This document shows positions 8,978-15,598 of a stretch of 41,308 nt of DNA, piece after piece; position 1 is the stretch's first letter; each line of letters opens with the position of its first letter. The stretch covers positions 1 to 41,308 of the IMG/VR virus record IMGVR_UViG_3300014658_000007; one strand, given 5' to 3'. The notes under the pieces were generated by a model. The model did no database searches and had not been told where the DNA came from. It was given only the letters and a program-made list of their open reading frames with translations. The stretch comes from a virus (Duplodnaviria; Caudoviricetes). Both the position numbers and the translations under genes were made by a program.

Positions 8978-9894
8978 GGCACCGCACCCTCAGCCCACGC
9001 CACGGTGCGGGCCAGCCCCTCGGCCAGCGTGACCTGGGGCCCCCAGCCGAGCAGCGAGCGCCCACCGGTGCCGTCCACGGCCTTGTGCGGCGCCCCGTCT
9101 GGCTTGGTGGTGTCGTATACAAGCTCGCCCTTGTACCCAATGGCATCCCGGATGAGGCCCGCGAGCCCGGCCATGCTCACGCCCTCGCCCCACCCCACAT
9201 TGCACACGCCTGCGTGGCTCGGCGCCGTGAGGCCACGCACCAGTGCCTCGGCGCCATCGCCCACGTACAGCCACTCGCGCACGGGCCGCCCACTGCCCCA
9301 CACGGTGAAGGTTGGCTCGCCGGCGCGCTTGGCCTGCAGCATGCGCACCACCAAGCCACCCAGCGCGTGCGCCCGTACCGGGTCAGTGTGGTCGCCCGGG
9401 CCGTACATGTTGCTCAGCACGAGGCAGAGCGAGTCGAGCCCGTACTGCGCACGGTACGCGTCCGCCCCCACTACGAGCGCGCGCCGCGTGGCGCCGTATG
9501 AGCGCACCGAGGGGTGCACATCGCCTTCCCAAAACTCACGCTCGCGGAAAACACTCGAGGCGCCAGGGTATGCGCAGTTCGAGATGGGTAGCACGAGGCG
9601 CTGCACGCCGTGCTTGCGGCAAGCCTCAAACAGGTTGGCCGCCATGTGCGTGTTGCGCAGCCAGATGTCCGCCTGGTGCTCGGCATTGAAGGCGATGCCG
9701 CCGCTGTAGCTGGCGCAGTGGATTACGTGCGTAGGCACCACCCTATCGAACATGGCCTCTGTTTGTGGCCAGTCGCAAAGGTCATACCCAACACGCCACC
9801 AGCCAACCGCAGTGTAGGCGATACCCGCAAGAGCGAGCTGCTCACACACGGGGCCCGCGAGGAACCCACTGCCACCTGTCACTAGGACTTTCAT
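8974..9894 (-). CDS. fcl: GDP-4-keto-6-deoxy-D-mannose epimerase/reductase (GDP-L-fucose synthase family)
   Basis: VLVTGGSGFL, GGIAFN, SNCAYP, NMYGPGD, H-ALGGL, VWGSGRPVREWLYV, DTTKPDG; adjacent to gmd. Confidence 0.85.
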   Translation of the reverse strand: MKVLVTGGSGFLAGPVCEQLALAGIAYTAVGWWRVGYDLCDWPQTEAMFDRVVPTHVIHCASYSGGIAFNAEHQADIWLRNTHMAANLFEACRKHGVQRLVLPISNCAYPGASSVFREREFWEGDVHPSVRSYGATRRALVVGADAYRAQYGLDSLCLVLSNMYGPGDHTDPVRAHALGGLVVRMLQAKRAGEPTFTVWGSGRPVREWLYVGDGAEALVRGLTAPSHAGVCNVGWGEGVSMAGLAGLIRDAIGYKGELVYDTTKPDGAPHKAVDGTGGRSLLGWGPQVTLAEGLARTVAWAEGAVP

Positions 9895-10877
9895 GCCGCC
9901 GCCCCTGCTTTCTCACGCTCTGCCAGTGCCACGTCGTGCTGCACCATGGCGCGCACGATGCTCGGGAAGCCGTAGGTTGGCTCCCACCCAAGTACCCGTG
10001 CAGCCTTGGCCGAGCAGCCCTCGAGGTGCTCGACCTCGGCGGGGCGCTCGTACTGCGGCACGAAGGCTTGCACGTAGGGCACCCACGGGCGGCCAACCTC
10101 GGCGAAGGCCAGCTCGACCCACTCGCGCACCGTGTGGCTCACGCCCGTGGCCACCACGTAGTCGCCAGGCGTGTCCTGCTGCAGCATGAGCCACATAGCT
10201 TGCACGTAGTCCGGCGCCCAGCCCCAGTCCCTGCGGGCATCTAGGTTGCCGAGCAGCAGGTGGCCCTGCGTGCCTGCCACAATGCGGCCCACCGCACGCG
10301 TCACCTTGCGCGTCACGAACGTCTCGCCGCGCCGCGGGCTCTCATGGTTGAACAGCACCCCGCAGCTCACGTGCATGCCGTACGCCTCGCGGTAGAGCAC
10401 GGCCGTGTGGTGGGCGGCCACCTTGGCCACGGCGTACGGGCTGCGCGGCTGGTACGGCGTGCCCTCGTACTGCGGCGCCGGTGCCGAGCCGTACTGCTCG
10501 CTCGAACTGGCCTGGTAGAAGCGGATGGGGGCGCGCATGGCGCGCACGGCCTCGAGCAGGCGCAGCGTGCCCGTGGCCACGACATCGGCGGTGTACTCCG
10601 GCTGGTCGTAGCTCACACGCACGTGGCTCTGGGCGGCCAGGTTGTACACCTCGTCTGGCTGCACGAGTTCGAGCACCCTGCGCAGCCCGGTGCCGTCCCC
10701 CATGTCCCCATGGTGCAGTTCGACCTGCGGCAGGTGCTCGATGCGGGCGGTGGTGAAGCTGCTGCCGCGGCGCATGAGGCCGTGCACGGCGTAGCCTTTG
10801 CGCAGTAGCAGCTCGGCGAGGTAGCTGCCGTCCTGCCCGGTGATGCCGGTGATGAGGGCGCACTTGCTCACGGCCAC
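9891..10877 (-). CDS. gmd: GDP-mannose 4,6-dehydratase
   Basis: ALITGITGQDGSYLAELLL, YNLAAQSHV, YQASSSE, PRSPYAVAK, LFNHESPRRGETFVTRK, GNLDARRDWG. Confidence 0.97.
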   Translation of the reverse strand: MAVSKCALITGITGQDGSYLAELLLRKGYAVHGLMRRGSSFTTARIEHLPQVELHHGDMGDGTGLRRVLELVQPDEVYNLAAQSHVRVSYDQPEYTADVVATGTLRLLEAVRAMRAPIRFYQASSSEQYGSAPAPQYEGTPYQPRSPYAVAKVAAHHTAVLYREAYGMHVSCGVLFNHESPRRGETFVTRKVTRAVGRIVAGTQGHLLLGNLDARRDWGWAPDYVQAMWLMLQQDTPGDYVVATGVSHTVREWVELAFAEVGRPWVPYVQAFVPQYERPAEVEHLEGCSAKAARVLGWEPTYGFPSIVRAMVQHDVALAEREKAGAAA

Positions 10878-11608
10878 CCCCCAATGTCCGGCACGGGCAG
10901 GCCGTGGTGGATGAGGTGGAGTATCTGGATGGTGTGGGTAAAGGAACCGAGGTTGCCGGCGCCGCAGAAGTGCGTGGCCTGGGCCGCTACGTACATGTCC
11001 ACCACGCCATCCTCAATGGGGCTGTACACGCGGTGGTCGTGCTCCTCGGCCGACTCTAGGCCGCCCAGTGGCGCCAGGTACCGCACGCGGCTGCCGTACC
11101 ACGAGCGGAACTTGCGCTGCGTCTCGCCATTGTCGGAGGCGAGCCAGATGGGCAGGTCGGCGGGCTGCTGGGCCACCCAGGCCTGGTACTCCTCATCGCT
11201 CGTCACGGCGTTACCGAGGCGCCTGGCGAGCGGCACCATGTCCGTGCGCCGCACGTGCACCGCCAAGTACTCAGGCCCGAGGCCCGCCCGGACGCTGGCA
11301 ATGCGTGCGGCGAGCGCGGGCAGTGGCCGCAGCGACGCGTAGTGCTTGCGCCAATCGGGTGGCGCCTTGTCGCAGATGCCGTGGGTGATGTGCGCCCCCA
11401 CGTGGCCTTCGATGAACTGCACACCGGTGAGCGGCTCGAAGAGCTCACGGAAGTGAGTGTTCTTGTCCCCCAGCTGCCGCACGCTGTCGAGCGGGTGCAC
11501 GAGGCCACCGTCCCAAAGCAGCTCAATATGCTCGTACGCCGCGAGGTGCGAGAGTACCGCACGCAAGCGGTTGCAAAGGCCACCTACGGCGTGGAGCCTG
11601 AACGCCAT
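10868..11608 (-). CDS. Fucosyltransferase-like GT-B enzyme (GT11/GT23/O-FucT type)
   Basis: GGLCNRLR, AVHVRRTD (GDP-fucose-binding HxRxxD), IWLASDN, VVDMYV...GSFT; ATG at 11608. Confidence 0.8.
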   Translation of the reverse strand: MAFRLHAVGGLCNRLRAVLSHLAAYEHIELLWDGGLVHPLDSVRQLGDKNTHFRELFEPLTGVQFIEGHVGAHITHGICDKAPPDWRKHYASLRPLPALAARIASVRAGLGPEYLAVHVRRTDMVPLARRLGNAVTSDEEYQAWVAQQPADLPIWLASDNGETQRKFRSWYGSRVRYLAPLGGLESAEEHDHRVYSPIEDGVVDMYVAAQATHFCGAGNLGSFTHTIQILHLIHHGLPVPDIGGWP

Positions 11609-12381
11609 CACCGCACCCGCTTGTAGAGGTGGTGGGCCCTGGGCCAGCAGGCCGGCCCGTGCCACTCGTCGGTGAGCTCGTAGCCGCTCATGGCTATGGC
11701 TTCCGCGAAACTCGGCGCGTGGGGTGGTGCCGCCCACGGCCCGGGGCTGCTGCCCCACTCGCACGTGAGCGCGCGGTCGTGCGGCACCACGTACAGGTGC
11801 GGCACCTTGTGGTCGGCCAGCCAGCCGAGCCACCACTGCACCTCGGCCAGGGTGCACTCGGGCCATGAGTGCACGGCCACTGCCAAGCTCATGGCCGGCA
11901 GCCGGTCAAGCTCGCTGGGGGCGTAGACGCGCGGTTCGACACCTCGGTGGGCCAGGTACTGGGCGCACACCTCGCGGCTCGCAGCCACCGTATCGGCGCA
12001 GTACACGCGCGCCGTGGGCAGCGCCACGTGCAGCCGGTGCGCGAGGCGCCCGTAGCCCGCGCCAATGTCCAAGATGCTCGCCTCGGCCAGCTGGTATATG
12101 CCGAGCTGCCTGGCGAGGTAGCCAAGCTCCACGCAACTATCGAGCAGGTCCCGGCTCACCATGCGGCCTTGCACCAGGCGCGTAGTGGCGCCGTACGCCC
12201 CGTCGTCGTCCGGCTGCGCCGCATACACCCATGCGCCATGGCCCTCGAGCACGTGGCGCACCATGGCCTCGTACGGGTACTCGGCCTGGCACCCGAGGTA
12301 CTGCCTGTCGGCCCGGTAGGCGGCCGGGTCGATGGTGCGGGCATGGGCGTCCCAAAAATCGCTCACCGTGAGACCCGCCAC
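11608..12381 (-). CDS. SAM-dependent putative sugar O-methyltransferase
   Basis: SRDLLDSCVE, ILDIGAGYGRLAHR, AVHSWPEC...WWL. Confidence 0.8.
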   Translation of the reverse strand: MAGLTVSDFWDAHARTIDPAAYRADRQYLGCQAEYPYEAMVRHVLEGHGAWVYAAQPDDDGAYGATTRLVQGRMVSRDLLDSCVELGYLARQLGIYQLAEASILDIGAGYGRLAHRLHVALPTARVYCADTVAASREVCAQYLAHRGVEPRVYAPSELDRLPAMSLAVAVHSWPECTLAEVQWWLGWLADHKVPHLYVVPHDRALTCEWGSSPGPWAAPPHAPSFAEAIAMSGYELTDEWHGPACWPRAHHLYKRVR

Positions 12382-12932
12382 ACGCTCGACCAGTCCCCGG
12401 GCCCTTTGCGGACCTCGCCAGCAAACGCTGCATCCACCGCGGCGACGACGCCCGGGTATTCGTTCTGGTAATCATGGCCTGAGAGCTCGCCGCCGCTCAC
12501 CACGCGGCCGCGCCAATGCGCGATGTCGGCACGCACATTGGCCTCGTCGTGCGCAGCGTCAATGAACACTACATGCGCCTCGGGCAGCACCACCTCGGTG
12601 CTGCGGGCCCGCACCACGTGCAGCCTGCCAAGCACCTCGGGCGCGTGCGCGTGCATGAGCCCCCAGAAGGCCTCCCACGTAGTCTTGCCGAACTCGCGCG
12701 CCACATCGGCGAACGCGGCGCCGGGGCTGTCGAGCACCGGGTCGGCCCAGGTGTCCACGGCCCACAATTCGATGTCCGGCCGCAGCGTGCCCAAACACGC
12801 AATTGACCTGCCGAAGAGAACGCCAACTTCTATGACGCGCGCGCCTTGCGGCAGAGAGGCCGCGAGCTCGGCGTAGTAAGGGAGTATGTCCCCTGACCAC
12901 CCGGGTATGGCCTCCCATGCCTGCAGCGTCAT
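12363..12932 (-). CDS. Class I SAM methyltransferase (Methyltransf_24-like)
   Basis: IEVGVLFGRS, AVDTW, VFIDAAH, GGELSGHDY, YPGVVAAV. Confidence 0.85.
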   Translation of the reverse strand: MTLQAWEAIPGWSGDILPYYAELAASLPQGARVIEVGVLFGRSIACLGTLRPDIELWAVDTWADPVLDSPGAAFADVAREFGKTTWEAFWGLMHAHAPEVLGRLHVVRARSTEVVLPEAHVVFIDAAHDEANVRADIAHWRGRVVSGGELSGHDYQNEYPGVVAAVDAAFAGEVRKGPGDWSSVWRVSR

Positions 12933-13633
12933 AGCGCCTCAATGCGGCCGTACGCCGGCCTGCTGCGGGTGAGCGCCATGATGGTGGCCTGGTGCTCGAG
13001 CTCTGCCTGGCTCGCGCTGCGGTGCCACCCGCCTACTTCGTTGTAGATATACGTAATATCTCGTACGTATTCCGTGCGGTCGTACCCGGCCATCTCTAGT
13101 ATCGGGTACATGAAAGCCGGGTCGTCTGCGCGGTCAATCCAGCGCATGGCCACGTGGTCGCCAAAAGGCACGCAGCGGCCACCGGCGTCCGCCGGGTACT
13201 GCAGGTCCACGTCGGCAATGCGCTGGAAAAGCCCTGCGCGGAACGTCTTGAGGTGCGTAGCTCGCCAGTGCGAGGTGCGGTACGCCTCGCCGGGGCCGTA
13301 GGCGTCGGCAAAGCCTGGCGAGCCATCCGAGTTGCGGAAGCTGCCGTACGTGGCCCACTTGCCTGAGGCGTGAGCCACGGCAATGCGGCGCAACGCGTAC
13401 TTGCCAGCGAGCCAGTCGTCCCCGTCCAGGCAGGCGCACACTGTATCGGGCGACAGCGTGGCAATCGCCTCGCGCAGGTTTTCCACCTTGGTGCGGGCTG
13501 GCTCTTGCTCACTGGCCTCGATGTAGAGGTGAGTGAACTCGACGCCCTGCTGCGAGCGCACCGAGGCACGGCAGGCGGGCGCCGTCGGGTGGCGCCACCC
13601 AGTTGAGATGACGGTGACGTGGGGTAAGTCCAC
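12929..13633 (-). CDS. GT2-like glycosyltransferase
   Basis: SVRSQ, CLDGDDWL, TYGSF, HLKTFR, D-PAFMYPILEMAG, YIYN. Confidence 0.8.
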   Translation of the reverse strand: MDLPHVTVISTGWRHPTAPACRASVRSQQGVEFTHLYIEASEQEPARTKVENLREAIATLSPDTVCACLDGDDWLAGKYALRRIAVAHASGKWATYGSFRNSDGSPGFADAYGPGEAYRTSHWRATHLKTFRAGLFQRIADVDLQYPADAGGRCVPFGDHVAMRWIDRADDPAFMYPILEMAGYDRTEYVRDITYIYNEVGGWHRSASQAELEHQATIMALTRSRPAYGRIEAL

Positions 13634-14448
13634 TACGGCTCCACGGGCTCGCGCGCGGGGTCCTCTGGGGCGTCGAGCGCGAACGCCTCAACGCTGACCT
13701 GCGGCACCCAGCTGTCCGCGTACCATACGCTCGAGTGCCCGGCGTCCCAGCCCTCACGCTCGTACGGCCACGGCGCGAGCTTGTACCCCTTGGCGCCTGG
13801 GCTGAGCAGCAGCTCCCGCTCCACGGCGAGCGTGGTCGGCGAGCCCCAGTACGAGGCGTGATAGTCGTGCCCCGCGATGAGCCCACCGGGCCGCACCACG
13901 CGGCGAGCCTGGGTGATGTCCGCCGCGAGCCCCTCGAGGGTATGGTCTCCGTCGAGGAAGGCCACGTCGACGCTCGCAGCGGGCAGTGCTGCGGGCAGCG
14001 CATGCTGGCTTGGGCCGCGCAGGATGGTGAGCCGAGTCAGGCGCTGCATGTCGATCCGGTACAGGCCATCGACAACAGCCACGCCGCGCAAGTCGAGCAG
14101 GCGCATGCCATCTAGCAGCTCGGGCGCGTGCTCTCGCAGCCCGGCCACGAAGGCCTCGTACATGCCGCCGTACTTGTCGCGCCGCTCGCGGTCCGGGCCG
14201 ATAGGCAGCGTCTCTCCTGCATCCTCCCATTCGTCGGTCCACGGGTCGCACACCACCAGCCGCACGTCGGGCCGCAGCAGCCCCATGTGGCAGATGCTGC
14301 GGCCGAAGAACGAGCCCACCTCGAGGTATACGCCGCCGAGCGGCAGCACCGGCGAGGGCGTGGCGAAGTGCTCCACTTGGAACGGGAGAATATCGGTGCT
14401 GCCGCCTGGCAGGGTAGGCTTCCAGGCAATGCTCTCTTCGGGTGTCAC
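13633..14448 (-). CDS. Class I SAM methyltransferase (Methyltransf_24-like), paralog of 12363-12932
   Basis: LEVGSFFGRS, CDPW, AFLDGDHT, VRPGGLIAGHDY; GTG at 14448 overlapping the upstream stop. Confidence 0.85.
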   Translation of the reverse strand: MTPEESIAWKPTLPGGSTDILPFQVEHFATPSPVLPLGGVYLEVGSFFGRSICHMGLLRPDVRLVVCDPWTDEWEDAGETLPIGPDRERRDKYGGMYEAFVAGLREHAPELLDGMRLLDLRGVAVVDGLYRIDMQRLTRLTILRGPSQHALPAALPAASVDVAFLDGDHTLEGLAADITQARRVVRPGGLIAGHDYHASYWGSPTTLAVERELLLSPGAKGYKLAPWPYEREGWDAGHSSVWYADSWVPQVSVEAFALDAPEDPAREPVEP

Positions 14449-14672
14449 TGCGGTACCTCCAGGCGCCACGTGCCCGCAGGCATGGCGCGGTCAACGCGGT
14501 ACGAGATATGGCCCTTCAGCAGGTTGGGCATGGTGCTGTCGCCGAACCGGAAAAGCTCGGCATATGCCATGAGCTCGGCCACCGTGTGCAGGTCTGGCGA
14601 GACCACCAGGCACGTCGCCGCCCGGTTGCCCTCGAGGGCCTCCACGACACGCTCGACACTGAGCGGCGTCAC
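14445..14672 (-). CDS. Hypothetical protein
   Basis: GTGA-coupled at both ends; fills the gap in the operon (3' part of track ORF 14445-15149). Confidence 0.5.
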   Translation of the reverse strand: MTPLSVERVVEALEGNRAATCLVVSPDLHTVAELMAYAELFRFGDSTMPNLLKGHISYRVDRAMPAGTWRLEVPQ

Positions 14673-14977
14673 CGCAGCCCCCAAGAGCCATGGCGCCAAG
14701 CCAGGTACAGCAGGCCCCAGCCTACGGCCTGCCCGATGAGGTAGCCGATGGCATCCACCGTGGAGCTCTTCCACGTCTCGCCCGACTCGTACCTCAGGTC
14801 GTACCAGTACGCCTTGACCAGCACGGCGGGCAGCAGGAAGCACGAGGCTACGAGCATGGGTTGCGCGGTATGGGCGAAGAGCGCCGGCACGACTGCGGCA
14901 GCGGCACCGATGGCCACGTGGTCGCCGTCGGCCAGGTTCTGCACGTTCTCCATCCAGTCCCCGGGCTTGGCCATCAC
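14669..14977 (-). CDS. Small membrane protein
   Basis: About three hydrophobic segments; GGAG RBS; coupled to its neighbours. Confidence 0.6.
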   Translation of the reverse strand: MMAKPGDWMENVQNLADGDHVAIGAAAAVVPALFAHTAQPMLVASCFLLPAVLVKAYWYDLRYESGETWKSSTVDAIGYLIGQAVGWGLLYLAWRHGSWGLR

Positions 14978-15243
14978 TCCTCCCCTTCGTCCAGCGCGGC
15001 GCTTTCGAGGGCCAGTGGCTCAGCAGCGGCGCGCTTGCCATGCTTGGCGGCGCCGCCCTTACGCCCGGCCTCGCGCGCCTCGTCGCTCGAGAACTTGTGG
15101 GCGGTGCCGGCCTGGTGGGCGGCCTGGCCACCCTTGCGCGCGATGGCACTCACCACCTTGGGGTCCATCGAGGCAAAGCCGCGCTTGCCCTTGGGTTTGG
15201 GCTCGGCGGCGGGCGGCGCGGGCGGCTGCTGGTCTTGGCTCAT
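14974..15243 (-). CDS. KGG-repeat general stress protein (YciG/GsiB/con-10-like)
   Basis: RGFASMDP...IARKGGQAAH...HKFSSDEAREAGRKGG; ATG at 15243. Confidence 0.85.
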   Translation of the reverse strand: MSQDQQPPAPPAAEPKPKGKRGFASMDPKVVSAIARKGGQAAHQAGTAHKFSSDEAREAGRKGGAAKHGKRAAAEPLALESAALDEGEE

Positions 15244-15253
15244 GTGTGGGAAC

Positions 15254-15436
15254 CTAGCGCGGCCGTTCTGGCACCGGTAGCCCAAGCTTACGGGCCGCCT
15301 CGTCAAGCACCTTGCGCGTGGCTATGTGGATATCAGCGCCGCTCTCCCACCTACGTATTGTGCGCTCGTGGATGAGCGTGACGCCAGCCAGCTTGCGGCG
15401 CTCATGCGTGCTCAATAGAGCAGGCTTCTTGTCCAC
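15254..15436 (-). CDS. Small HTH (Cro/XRE-like) protein
   Basis: RRKLAGVTLIHERTIRRWESG helix-turn-helix pattern; start uncertain (15436 or 15496). Confidence 0.55.
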   Translation of the reverse strand: MDKKPALLSTHERRKLAGVTLIHERTIRRWESGADIHIATRKVLDEAARKLGLPVPERPR

Positions 15437-15598
15437 CTTTGCGGGTGCAGTTTGGTGAGCCTTAGTGCTAGCCAATATGCTGGCACATACGTACACCTAT
15501 GCTCAGCAGCAGCGCAAGGCAAAAGTGCCACGCACGTTGTACACGCGGCCACGTGGCGCGCGCGCAGCACTGCGCGCGTGCTGCTGTACACGCTGGCG

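Noticed and set aside
6230-14448. Interpretation as a GtrABC-type serotype-conversion or complete O-antigen locus
   Set aside because: No flippase, polymerase, bactoprenol transferase or multi-TM transferase is visible; host-surface modification is not excluded but is unsupported here
6230-14448. Interpretation as a DNA hypermodification cluster
   Set aside because: No dNMP hydroxymethylase, TET/JBP or DNA polymerase in the window, and the context is morphogenetic; such genes could still lie outside the window
15559-15578. Hairpin after the MuF stop as an intrinsic terminator
   Set aside because: No U-tract, and alternating GC is self-complementary by chance
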